NCBI GenBank assembly: GCA_964016885.1
Contig: OZ024758.1
Span: 20,708,001-20,772,000, forward strand
Direction of reading: 5' to 3'
Length of the DNA stretch: 64,000 nt
DNA from: Eledone cirrhosa
Taxonomy: Eukaryota
Shown: positions 1 through 12,903 of the stretch, one piece after another
Layout: the number at the start of each line of letters is the position of its first letter
Position numbering within the stretch: position 1 is the first letter of the stretch
Notes under the pieces: generated by a model
The model's database searches: none
Told to the model about the DNA's origin: nothing
What the model saw: only the letters and a program-made list of their open reading frames with translations
Translations under genes and position numbers: made by a program

Positions 1-89
1 TATATATATATTATATATATATATATATATAAAATATATATATATGTATATATATATATAATATATATATATGTATATATATATATTAT

Positions 90-165
<76 letters not shown>

Positions 166-422
166 TATAATATATATATATAATATATATATAATATATA
201 TATATAATATATATATATATATATAATATATATATATAATATATATATATAATATATATATATATATATAATATATATATATATATAATATATATATATA
301 TAATATATATATATATATAATATATATATATATATAATATATATATATATAATATATATATATATAATATATATATATATAATATATATATATATAATAT
401 ATATAATATATATATATATAAT

Positions 423-507
<85 letters not shown>
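1..507. repeat. Imperfect (TA)n microsatellite
   Basis: Continuous TA dinucleotide with occasional AAT/TG interruptions. Confidence 0.97.
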
Positions 508-660
508 TACAGGGAGTGTAAAGTGGAGTTACTATAGGTTCACACAGCTGAGCACTCGATGCTTTGGTTCACTTCTGTGTCGAGGTGTAGAGCTAGACAC
601 AGTGTATCATAATAAAAGATAACAAGTACGAGTGGGTACTCCTTCATTACGTTTATTATT

Positions 661-832
661 TGGTGATCGGTAAAGGGTCGGACGACATGCATTCCAGCTA
701 GTTACGTCCCTTTACGATCTGAGTTCAGATCCCGCCGAGGTTGACTTTGCCTTTCACCCTTACGGCGTCGATAAAATAAAGTACCAGTAATGCACTGGAA
801 AATTGCTGGCCTTGTGCCTAAAGTAGAAACAT
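661..832 (+). mobile_element. tRNA-derived SINE (Meta-domain-like), 5'-eroded
   Basis: B-box-like GAGTTCAGATCCC, GCCTTTCACCCTTACGGCGTCGATAAAATAAAGTACCAG core, GGCCTTGTGCCTAAAGTAGAAAC tail; matches the full copy at 63452-63650. Confidence 0.88.
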
Positions 833-1946
833 TTATTTGGTAACGCGCATTTTAAGGCTCGATCTGTTTCGATATATAGGCCGACTTTTTAATCCATGGC
901 TCAGCAAGTATGAAATGTGTAGAAAGGAAACAAACGTCTACAAATTCCATACTTGATGAACCAGTTTATACCAATCGGCGAAAGCTCGTCACCTCCTCAT
1001 ATGCAATATTCAATGTTTAATAAAACGTTTCTTATACAGCGAAATATTAAATGAAAATTAGTGTGGAATTTTGGGATGTTTGTTGTAAATGATTTATAAC
1101 ATGTTGTGTATTGAAAATACAATCTTGCTAAACCAAAAAAACGACATTGATTGATGAGGAATTGAATAATGCTGTTAGTGTATCAATATGTTGTTATTTA
1201 TTTACATATATATTTATTTTTATTTATTTTTAACGTCTAACCGTGGTGCATTTCAATCCCAAAGTATAATGATTAGTTGAAGCTTAAGGCTCCAATGAAA
1301 GTGAGTAGCATCAGTGGAAACCTGATGCTGGATAAATTCTGAAATCAAGCATTTAGTTTCACCCTTTTATACGACAATACATCAAATCTAACGGAATAAA
1401 TGATTTATTGAAATTGTTTTACCTTTGTCCATACTAAGAACAAAGGTTTGTTATCAGATTAAACCGGCATCTCCCTAGATTTATAACTGTCAAATGTATA
1501 TATTCTGATTAACAAGAAAATCATTCGAATATTGATTTAATATACAATTAACAATTGTAACTACATTCATAAATGTAAATAATTTATTACTCATTTATCA
1601 TATTTTTTTCAATTATTAGCAAGATGCCGAAGTTATGTGCAAATCAGTGAAATATGTAATCTTCGACTACGTAGAAATACCTTTCGATGTTGTATCTAAA
1701 CTAACAATTATTTAATACTAGACTATGGACCAACAAATCCAGGAATACTTTTACCCTGGAAAGAATAACTGAAGATTCTAGAGTACGGTTAAATCCATTG
1801 TTTTCGTGTTAATGTGTAGTACGTAACAGATATATATACGAAGGTGAATGAAAATCTCATAGGCTGACCATAAATATGGGTGTATACGAGGGAAAATTGC
1901 CCATTCTAGTGTAATAGAGCTGCTATCATGCTGATGATATATATAT

Positions 1947-2099
1947 AACAAAACGTGTGTGGTAAGATACCAAGTGGATCATAACAAACCAGAGTACTTA
2001 ATATTTAGTGTAGTAGTGTAGGTAATAGGAAAAGAGTCAGGATCCAAGATCTAGCTGTCAAAACGGTCGGGACCCAGCCGTCGGGTTCCTTACACTTTT

Positions 2100-2101
<2 letters not shown>
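1947..2101 (+). mobile_element. (TA)n-associated short repeat, family A
   Basis: GTGGTAAG..CCA..TGGA.CATAAC..ACCAGAGTACT.AATA motif shared with 8027, 17730, 35338 and 62999-63215; bounded by TA runs. Confidence 0.75.
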
Positions 2102-2139
<38 letters not shown>

Positions 2140-2142
<3 letters not shown>

Positions 2143-2242
2143 ATGAGAAGAAAGAAGAATATGCGTGGTTTGCACATGGGTTACATATGATAAAAATAGT
2201 CCTTCGTCAGTGATTTTCCAAACATCATTGGTATTTCATCGC

Positions 2243-2245
<3 letters not shown>
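2140..2245 (-). mobile_element. (TA)n-embedded short repeat, homologous to 55766-55822
   Basis: TTCGTCAGTGATTTTCCAAACATCATTGGTATTTCATCGC vs TTCATCAGTGATCTTCCAACCATCATCGGTATTTCTTCGC; minus strand reads CTGACGA / CTGATGA. Confidence 0.6.
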
Positions 2246-2321
<76 letters not shown>

Positions 2322-2324
<3 letters not shown>

Positions 2325-2402
2325 ATCCTGACTCTTTTCCTATTATCTACAACACTACACTAAGTATTGAGTACTCCGGTATGTTATGGTCCACTTAGTA
2401 TT
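2322..2402 (-). mobile_element. Family A fragment, inverted relative to 1968-2046
   Basis: GGATCCTGACTCTTTTCCTATTA... is the reverse complement of TAATAGGAAAAGAGTCAGGATCC. Confidence 0.75.
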
Positions 2403-2650
2403 TGCTCTAGGGTTTTATATATTTGTTATATATTTATCCTTATCGAGCTTTGTGATATAAATACGTGTGTTTATATTTTGTTATTGTGTGAGCAAAAATA
2501 TCTGTACACGAATATATAACTATATATATGTATATTAAAATAACACACTAAAGTTTAAGCAAAACATCGCTGCTTTCACCCTTAACGGGATCTTCTGAAA
2601 CTAAAAAAATTAATCTGTGAACGCAGAGATAAATATTTCGAAAAACATTA
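2403..2650. mobile_element. Family B fragments
   Basis: AAAGTTTAAGCAAAACATCGCTGCTTTCACCCTTAACGGGATCTTCTGAAACT shared with 13595, 16155, 40587 and 54640. Confidence 0.75.
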
Positions 2651-3996
2651 CACACTATATATATACATACACACACACGCACACACACACATAGCGTCAT
2701 AATGTCGTAATGCAGACAGCCAAACATACAGGCTGATATTATAAGGACTCATCGTTATATCTATGTATCAATCTAAAAAGAAAGACTAAGAATTATAGAG
2801 AGAGATCACTAATCGCCTAATGTGGTCCTTAGGGATTTGAAAATTTGGAGTGTGTTTGCTGAAAACACTCACAGGTCCATAAATATTACATGTGTAAAGG
2901 TTAAAAATCATCGGTTGGTTGTTGAGTTTTGGGGAGTCAGACAGACATACATTCTCTATTTTAGATATATAGATATTACATACTTCGTGTATATAATGTA
3001 CTCCTTCAAATGTAAAAGAGAATGGATATGCTAGTCTGAATGGAATTGAAAACCGCACCTGACTTAAATCGAAATATCTTGTAATAATATACTGCACAGT
3101 TACAGCAATCAAATAAATTTAGTTTTTACTATCGAATAATTACATTTTATGAACATCGAAAAATTCGTTCAAGAAAGACAGAAGACGATATCTCATGTTA
3201 TTTCTAACACAAGTTGTTTATGTTGTAATAAGGACAGTTCGAAATATTAGTGCTTATCTATCAAGAGGATAATTACGTCTAATAGGAAATCAAATGATTA
3301 TTTTCGAGGTTAATTTGTTTGGTCTCAATGAATGCAGCCATTAGTTGATTAACATATATTGCAAGTAATTAAATCTGCTTATCTTTTGTAGTTTTCACTA
3401 CACATTACATTTTTCGAAGTGCTCAAGGGAAAGACATAAATTATTTGAGCATGAATTTTCGTTCGGTAACCTTGTAGTAATATTTCATACAAAATACTGT
3501 GATCATGAACGTTTTGACATTAATCGAGAAACCACAACTGTTACAATTACAAGTATTCATTTCCTACGTATTCCACTATAAACGTAGTCACATGATTGAA
3601 ATTAGTAAAAAAGAAAATATATTTCTGTTTCTAGAAAAATTAAAATCTCGCTTTTGTCAGTTGGTATTTTTATACTGTCCGCCATGTGAACATAAATACC
3701 GGAAGAAGGATATTTAAAATGAAAACGTAACCTTTTCTCACTTTGACACGGACGTTTCTGACGACAGAATTAACAGTCATGCTGTTATAATCAGAGGTTA
3801 TTTGCAGTCCGTCATGTTTGAAGTAATTATACATTGTTTCTCTAACTCAGGTATTCCGTGTAAGTTTACATTCTTCAACAAAAGCTTGGCTGTCCTCTCA
3901 GGAAATTTTCACTTGTATCAGTGATACCTATCTTATATATTATTTGACATAAACCTACTAGGTTGTTGAATACACAATTCACCCTATATATATTAT

Positions 3997-4046
<50 letters not shown>

Positions 4047-4053
4047 TGTGTGG

Positions 4054-4109
<56 letters not shown>

Positions 4110-4112
<3 letters not shown>

Positions 4113-4304
4113 CTTAGGTTAGTAGGAGTTAGGTATTATATACCCGTGTCTCTTTACTCTTTGTTCTTGGGTGCTTGGTTGGTAGAGTCCATAACACAAA
4201 TCAAACCCCTTTTATAGCTCTGATGAATCCTACGGTTACACATAAGGAAGAAACATTGTCACCCAATAAAAAACTGTTGATGTTGTAGACGCTCTTGTGT
4301 TCTT

Positions 4305-4308
<4 letters not shown>
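4110..4308 (+). mobile_element. (TA)n-embedded pLTR-like fragment with degenerate hammerhead and AATAAA
   Basis: CTGATGA (4220-4226) a TCCT...AGGA a GAAA CATTG TC then ACCC AATAAA; flanked by TA tracts. Confidence 0.55.
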
Positions 4309-4347
<39 letters not shown>

Positions 4348-4668
4348 GTAAGACACTTTTAAAAGCCACTACTATCAACTGTAACACATTTTCTTCACAG
4401 AAAATAGAAATACCTGATATTATTTTAATGCCATATGGGCACATTACATGGAGCGTTAACTTTGAAGGTTAAGAACAACCTTGAAATACATGAACGGATG
4501 AAACATGCCTTATATTTGCGAAAGAAGTAATACATTCACTGTGAAAAAAGATATATTCTGTGAATGCTGAAAATGAAAAAAATCGCGAACACCAAATCCA
4601 TTAACTAGGAAATCACTAATGGCAATCAACTGACACAATTCTATATATCAGCCTGTTTATCTTTTATC

Positions 4669-4736
<68 letters not shown>

Positions 4737-5571
4737 CCTTCCTCGCATATTGTTAAAAGCACCCATCTTGGTTTCTAGAAATCATTGCTTTGTCATGCAA
4801 TTTAGTTTACCCAGCATTATTTATAGATATATTACACTTCTCGTCTTGCGAAAGTACACTTTACATCTCTTCTACTCAGTATATTAAAGCAGCCTAATGA
4901 TATTTTCACTAAAACGTTTCCATAACATGGTAGGAAACATAATTTAACAAGTTTTATAACTATATTAATGTTATGTGTACATTTTACCACAAGGAAATGC
5001 GAAACACACAACTCTGTATTTTCAGATTTCAATCCTGTAATTGTCTTCCTAGAAACATAGTGTTATATTTATCCGAGGAGGAGCATTTTCTGATGATTAA
5101 ATAAACATTATTCCCAGCTATAACTGAATAACATGATAGGAGAAACACCTGAACCAAACAAAAATGCTGATTCAGTTCGTTGAACCCGTTATTCTTTATA
5201 GGATTCACTTCAACATCTATTTCTTAATATTCACCACGAAGCAATATAATTAAAGTCACAAATATTTGTTAATTAAATAAAGGAATAGAGAAATGAATAA
5301 ACACATCAAATATGAGAACTCATGATAGAACCGATCCCAACTGTCATGGATGATGATGATGATGATGATAATTCATTAAATGATAGGTATTGGCAAAATG
5401 GTAAAGATTCCGGTGATGAGGATGAGGGAAATTAATGAAAATTAATTGGGTAGGTAGTTAGATATAAATATATTGGTGGAAGTGACTAAAATATTTACTG
5501 AAAAATATGTTCTGAAAGATAATGTTATTTCAGAAAACAGAAATTTAAAAAAAATATACCATAGAATAATA

Positions 5572-5755
5572 ATTGTTTCTACTTTAGGCACAAGGCCAGC
5601 AATTATCCCAGTGCATTACTGGTACTTTATTTTATCGACCCCGTAAGGATGAAAGGCAAAGTTAACCTCGGTGGGATTTGAACTCAGATCATAAAGGGAC
5701 GTAACTATGCTGGAAAGCAAGGCGTCCGACCCTCTACCGATACTGCCAATCCGCC
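5572..5755 (-). mobile_element. SINE, full-length
   Basis: Reverse complement of the SINE consensus from GGCGGATTGGCAGT to GTAGAAACAATT. Confidence 0.9.
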
Positions 5756-6124
5756 TGGCCTTTGTGTCGTGATAGTGGGTAGAGTGAATCAAATGAAATG
5801 GTTCAATGTATTTCTACTTGCGGGTGCTGATGGTGGTGATGATGAACATATCTTTAATGGGTAGGTGCGTGTACAAGTAATTAGAGTTTAATTGATTTAC
5901 TTTTGTAAAGAGTGACTGATGATAATGCGGTAGGGGTGGTTGGAAAGATGTAGCAAGAATAAATAAAGGCAAGTTAAAGAATGCAAGAAAATAACCGAAA
6001 TAGAAATGGACATATTATATATGATGATGATGAGGATAAAGATGATGATGACGATGGAGTGAAATTTATGAAATTAGTGAAAGCAGGAGTTTGACGTTAT
6101 TATAAATAGATCTGTTGTTAGACG

Positions 6125-6370
6125 TGCAAAAGTCAATCTTGCAAAATGGGAATATTTAAGGGATGGGGATGGTGTGTGTGTGACTGTAGTATCGAACAAC
6201 ATACTATGCAGCACTTCATGATATGTCCCCTGCTGGAACACCCCTGCACAGTATTGGACTTGGCAGAGTTTATCAGAAAGGAGAGCAATGTGTTACGCTG
6301 TGGTGCAACCACTTCTAGCCAAGCTTTGTAACTGGCACTCTTGTGGACACGATCAGAAAAGATGAATAGA
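6125..6370 (+). pseudogene. LINE ORF2 3' fragment, Ingi/Vingi-like zinc knuckle
   Basis: GWGW..CDCSIEQHTMQHFMICPLLEHPCTVLDL (C-x-C-x8-H-x3-C) followed by GGACACGA + purine-rich tail; clade assignment from memory. Confidence 0.55.
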
Positions 6371-6532
6371 AATATATTAGGTTGATATCTATGTGTCACT
6401 TGGGGGAGGTGGATAATGGGATTACTAGATAATTCAAGAGTTATGGTATATATGCCCAACACATAGACTCCAACACAACAAAAGAGTCAGCTTTTGAATA
6501 TTTTCCATGAATATTTCCCAGGAGAGCTGCAA

Positions 6533-6622
6533 GAAACGCTAAGCTTAAACAACAACAGTATTAGTACCTATGATGCAAAAAACGCTAAGCTTAAATAACA
6601 ACAGTATTAGTACCTATGATGC
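6533..6622. repeat. ~49-bp tandem duplication
   Basis: AAACGCTAAGCTTAAA(C/T)AACAACAGTATTAGTACCTATGATGC twice. Confidence 0.85.
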
Positions 6623-7710
6623 CATCATTGTGTAACAAGATCTTGGGCCTTTTGTTTACTAGTAAATCTTGAGTGAAGGGTAAAGGGAATCTGACAATGT
6701 AGAAACCAGTGACTAGATAGACAAACAATTGCGTAAAACCCAAGATCTTTAAGAAGACCCCATATATAACCACGTTATCCTTATAAATAGATCAGTGTTT
6801 ATAGTATTATTTCCCGAAGATATTTTAGATATTTCGACATATTCAACAGGTATACTGTTAAAATTATGATTTTGTACAATTTATTTTGACCCAGCAACAT
6901 AATACATTAATAGTAAAACTCTGCAAGCGTTATCTACGAGCAATTCTTCCCAGTCGTGCACATGCGTTGTCTTCCTAAATCCTATGTCATGAAATATAGT
7001 TTTTATAAATTGTGCAAAGTTATTTATAGCAAACTTTTCTGATATTAAGGTTTATGGCAGATGGAGTTAAATTCCTAAGTAAATCTATGTTTACACTATA
7101 TAGTAAGAATTTCTGAATGATCATTTGGTAAGCAGTTAACGTTAGTATACCAGATGTTTAATCTATAACTAATCCAGAGAAAAATGAAATAATATGCAAT
7201 ATATCAAAATTTGTAAATCGTTCTAAGAATTGAAAAAGAAACGCTTGTATAAGAAACGGCAACAATTTCCTTTTCTTCAGAAACCTGCCGCCGGGAAGGT
7301 GGGCGGTCAAACTAAACTCAAAATTAAGTGACAGACAGATTTACGTCCATACATTTCACTTTAAAAAAGTTTTTATTGCATATCGAACGTTACATATATT
7401 TCACAGATGATTGGCATGAGGTGTTTATCGCTGTGATAGACCTTACGCCACTATCGATCTGTCTCTCCTTCATACACACTCGCTCTCTCACAAAGGTGTA
7501 GACAAGAGAGTCAGTTGTCAGCAATCTATAGCTACCTATGCATCTATCTATTTTCAGCCAATAAATAAATCAACATCTATTTATCTACTTAACTGCCTAT
7601 CCACTTACGTACTTGTTCGTGTACCTATCATTATCAACGATGAAGCTCAATTCCGAATTGCATTTCGAAGATAAGTCGATACATTGATAGGTAAATAAAT
7701 ATATATATAC

Positions 7711-7766
<56 letters not shown>

Positions 7767-7769
7767 ATA

Positions 7770-7974
7770 TAGTTTTAATATAGATTAGATTATACAGGAC
7801 TAGAACTGTTTCATTCTTTAGAAATCATCAGGAATCTCAGGAGATTCTTGATGATTTCTAAAGAATGAAACAGTTCTAGTCCTGTAGATTCTCATCTATA
7901 TTAAAATTGTTATACTCTGCAATGTATTGAGTACCTTACTTACTGTGGTTACCTCCGATTCAACACGGAATAAC

Positions 7975-7978
<4 letters not shown>
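7770..7978 (+). mobile_element. Family C fold-back element between (TA)n tracts
   Basis: Arms TACAGGACTAGAACTGTTTCATTCTTTAGAAATCATCA / TGATGATTTCTAAAGAATGAAACAGTTCTAGTCCTGTA, apex ~7838-7840; copies at 20395 and 23351. Confidence 0.85.
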
Positions 7979-8026
<48 letters not shown>

Positions 8027-8028
<2 letters not shown>

Positions 8029-8164
8029 CAAGGGGATTTTGGTAAGGAACCAGATGGACTATAACGCACCAGAGTACTCAATACTTAAGGTAGTAGAGTG
8101 GGAAATAGGAAAACGTATGACCCCGACGGCAGAGATCACGCCGTTTCGAGGGCTATTTCTGGAC

Positions 8165-8165
<1 letters not shown>
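8027..8165 (+). mobile_element. Family A copy
   Basis: GGTAAGGAACCAGATGGACTATAACGCACCAGAGTACTCAATAC...GACCCCGACGGCAGA; between TA tracts. Confidence 0.8.
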
Positions 8166-8196
<31 letters not shown>

Positions 8197-8211
8197 AGAC
8201 AGATGTATATT

Positions 8212-9266
<1,055 letters not shown>

Positions 9267-9621
9267 TATCATACTCTGCTCTACGAGGGCATCGATTGCT
9301 CATACGGCCAACCACATACGGACCTTTTAAGCATCCAACAACAATTTACATGACAGATGTTTCGTTTGGAAACTTATGGACAGAAATTACGAAGATTCTA
9401 TTGTTTTTATTATTCGTAATGAAGAAACGTTTGAGACTTGAAAAGCTTGAAATAATGAACTTAAGAATCTTAGTGGATTGTTTACTAAGTTAGCCACATT
9501 TATAATCTTAGATCTTGTTTCACAGCTAAATGCTTACTCTTTAACATAACACGTATATATTACATTATGTATCAGTTAAAGTAAAGCTAATATGAAGGTG
9601 AGTGATATAATGTCGAGTCAG

Positions 9622-9820
9622 TCAATCATATTGCTGGCCTCCCCACAGCACCGGCTGACAGAATGGAAAAGGTGTTTCACCGGATGATGGCAAAATCCAT
9701 TCCAGCTCGCGCGGTTCACACCTGCGGCTGGTCAGCTCAGCGCCTATGGTGGTGAGTAGGGAGCTAGCCCTAGGGCCAAGGACACCAGCAGTCTCCACTG
9801 CCAAGGGTACAACCGCAACG
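9622..9820 (-). pseudogene. CRE-like non-LTR retrotransposon C-terminal (RLE end) fragment
   Basis: VPLAVETAGVLGPRASSLLTTIGAELTSRRCEPRELEW; second copy at 36085-36295 continues WLFQGTSLTNLRGNTF, resembling the QR.S.AI.RGNA terminus. Confidence 0.65.
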
Positions 9821-10039
9821 GTACTCTCCCACCACATCTTAGATCTAATAGCCATTATTTTAATATTTTCGTTCTTGCTCTCCACAATATCGCCCACTTA
9901 AGCTATATCACTCGTCCTTGCGTTAGTGTTGATTCCTAAACATGTCATTTCAGCGTCATGTTTGAAATTCTGTCCTATGCAATTCGTAAATCTCTCAGCA
10001 CCTCTCTATTTCTATATCTCTCTAAGTTTTCTCTATCTC

Positions 10040-10392
10040 ATTATATCCCTATATATATAAACCCCCCTCTCTCTCTCTCTCTAGCGCATTCTCTCTCTCT
10101 CTCTCTCTCCCACTCTGCCTCTCTCTCTCTCTAGCTCGTTATATTTCTATATCTCTATCTACACCTCTCTCCTATCTCTCACTCTCTCTCTTAAGCTCGT
10201 TACATTTCTATATCTCTATCTACACCTCTCTCCTATCTCTCACTCTCTCTCTTAAGCTCGTTACATTTATATATATCTATCTACTACTCTCTCTCTATAG
10301 CTCGTTTTATTTCTCTCTCTCTCTCTCTCTCTAGCTCATTATATTTCTATTTCTCTATCTACTCCCCCCTCCCCCCCCCCATATCTCTCTAT
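10040..10392. repeat. CT-rich minisatellite, ~60-bp unit
   Basis: AGCTCGTTACATTTCTATATCTCTATCTAC... repeated about 4-5 times. Confidence 0.8.
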
Positions 10393-10559
10393 TTTAGTAT
10401 TAGTAATATCTGTAATAACATCTGACTAAATAATTCTCATTATCATGACGTTCAGTATCATGAAATCAACACAACCGTATTGTTTTTTTCTGCCATTTCT
10501 TCTTCACATTTCTGTTATACACAATTACCTTAATTAAGGTCTGCACCACCATTATCCTG

Positions 10560-11420
10560 TTGATTGTCATCGTTCTCATCTTCATCATTGTCATTGTCGT
10601 TGTCATTGTCACCATCATCAACATCCTCATCAACATCATCATCACTATCATCATCATCAACATCATCACACGCATTGTCATCAACATCATCACTACCGGC
10701 ATCATCACCATCAACACCATGACTATCGTCATGGTCACCATTACAATTATCATCACCATCATCATCATCATCATCATCATCGCCATCACGAACATCGTCA
10801 CTATCGCCATTGATTGTCACCATTACAATTATTATCATCATCATCATCATCATCGCCATCACGAACATCATCACTATCGTCATTGATTGTCACCATTACA
10901 ATTATTATCATCATCATCATCATCATCATCGCCATCACGAACATCATCACTATCGTCATTGATTGTCACCATTACAATTATTATCATCATCATCATCATC
11001 ATCATCGCCATCACGAACATCATCACTATCGTCATTGATTGTCACCATTACAATTATTATCATCATCATCATCATCATCATCGCCATCACGAACATCATC
11101 ACTATCGCCATTGATTGTCACCATTACAATTATTATCATCATCATCATCATCATCATCACCATCACGAACATCATCACTATCGTCATTGATTGTCACCAT
11201 TACAATTATTATCATCATCATCATCATCGCCATCACGAACATCATCACTATCGTCATTGATTGTCACCATTACAATTATTATCATCATTATCGCCATCAT
11301 CGACACCATCATCTTCACGCTCATCATCGACGTCATCCTCACCATCATCATCATCACTATTGTCATCATAAATATCATCAGCATCATCGGTGTCATCATC
11401 ACTATCACCATCATCATTGT
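10560..11420. repeat. (ATC)n-derived region containing ~7 copies of a 70-76 bp higher-order unit
   Basis: ATTGATTGTCACCATTACAATTATT(ATC)nGCCATCACGAACATCATCACTATCGTC at ~10808, 10882, 10957, 11033, 11109, 11186, 11256. Confidence 0.92.
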
Positions 11421-11604
11421 AATCTAACAAGGTACTTTTTTTATTATTGAAGTTAAAATTATAGTCATTGCTGTAATAGCATAATTCAATTATGTCATTT
11501 TCCTAATCATCTCTCTAACCTCATGAGGCCTAACATGGCCATAGTTTCCGATCTTCCTCCTTTTCTTACGATGAAACAAGACATGTCAACTTAAACATCA
11601 CGAA

Positions 11605-11975
11605 GATTTCTAGAGTGGGTAAAATTTCCGAGATTCATGGACGAGTTCTCTCCAGCTGTCTCTGTCAATCATTATTGCGGCCAGGTCCTGCATCTCTAAC
11701 AGACCAGTATCTGTCCTTAGGATATCAACATATGTTAATCTCGGTCTTCCTGTTCCAGTGTGTCCGTGCAGGGGCTCCCAAAGGAACACTGAGTGTAGTG
11801 TAAACTCTGGATGTCAGTGAGCATTTTCAGCTAACCTCGGTCTTCCACTTCCAGTGTGTCCATGCAGGGGCTCCCACAGGAACACTGAGTGCAGTGTCAA
11901 CTCTGGATGTCAGTGAGCATGTCCAGCTAACCTCAATCTCCTCTGTGCTACTCTCGAGCTGACTTTTGCGATTAT
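11605..11975 (-). pseudogene. RTE-type LINE 3' fragment with internal ~97-bp tandem duplication
   Basis: Minus translation RRLRLAGHAH*HPE...LWEPLHGHTGTGRPRLTYVDILRTDTG...MIDRDSWRELV. Confidence 0.75.
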
Positions 11976-12344
11976 TATTATATTCTACATAAGGTCGGTG
12001 GTTTGGCAATAGAGCGTCAGATACGTATAGAGAATCTCTATGCGTGTTTCAGGGGGGTACCAGGGGACAAGACACCCCCCCCCCCCAAACACACACGCAC
12101 TCTTTTTTCAAATGTCTATATTTTATTTTTTGCTTATTTGATATAATAAATTATTTTTAAGCTGATTTTTTAAAAAACATTTCAACTTCATTTGAATATA
12201 TACAATTTAATTAGCGTAAAATGTTACTTATGTGATAGGGTCCGGGAAAGGCAACATAAGTAAGTTATGCTCCTTTAATAATCAACAAATGTTGGTTTGT
12301 CCCCCTCACGTTTTTTAAGGCGAACGAGGACTCTGATAGAGTTA

Positions 12345-12498
12345 TTGCTATTTTCATTCAGGGTTCAAATCTACTGAGGTTAACTTTTCCTTTCATATTT
12401 ACGGCGTCTATCAAATAAAGGACGACTAATGCACTGGAGTCGATTTAATTGACGTTCCCCTACTCTAAAATTGTTGGCCTTGTACCTAAATTAGAAAC
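12345..12498 (+). mobile_element. SINE, older long-tail subfamily
   Basis: Core plus extra GTCGATTTAATTGACGTTCCCC segment before the tail. Confidence 0.75.
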
Positions 12499-12513
12499 CC
12501 TTATAATATTGTT

Positions 12514-12702
12514 AGGGCGGCGGATTGGCAGTATCGGCAGAGGGTCGAACGCCATGCTATGAAGCACATAGTTAACTCCTTGTATGATCTGAGTTAAAAT
12601 CCCGCCGAGGTTAACTTTGCCTTTCATCATTACGGGATCGATAAAATAAAGTACCAGTAATGCACTGGCTAATTGCTGGCCTTGTGCCAAAAGTAGAAAC
12701 AA
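12514..12702 (+). mobile_element. SINE, full-length (tandem copy 1)
   Basis: GGCGGCGGATTGGCAGT...GTAGAAACAATT. Confidence 0.9.
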
Positions 12703-12711
12703 TTATTAGTT

Positions 12712-12903
12712 AGGGCGGTGAATTGGCAGTATCGGTAGAGGGTCGAACGACATGCTATGAAGCACATAGTTAACTCCTTGTATGATCTGAGTTCAAATCC
12801 CGCCGAGGTTAACTTTTCCTTTCATCCTTACGGGATCGATAAAATAAAGTACCAGTAATGCACTGGGTTATTTGCTGGCCTTGTGCCAAAAGTAGAAACA
12901 ATT
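12712..12903 (+). mobile_element. SINE, full-length (tandem copy 2)
   Basis: Shares the private variant GAAGCACATAGTTAACTCCTTGTATGATC with copy 1. Confidence 0.9.

Noticed and set aside
509-645. Island beginning CAGGGAGTGTAA, with complementary TTACACTCCCTG at ~13809-13820
   Set aside because: Probably another TA-associated repeat family, but the match is too short to define an element.
10735-11290. CRISPR-like repeat array
   Set aside because: Eukaryotic context, no unique spacers and no cas genes.
10466-11450. Poly-His/Ile/Ser/Asp/Met ORFs
   Set aside because: Products of the (ATC)n satellite; unit length breaks the frame.
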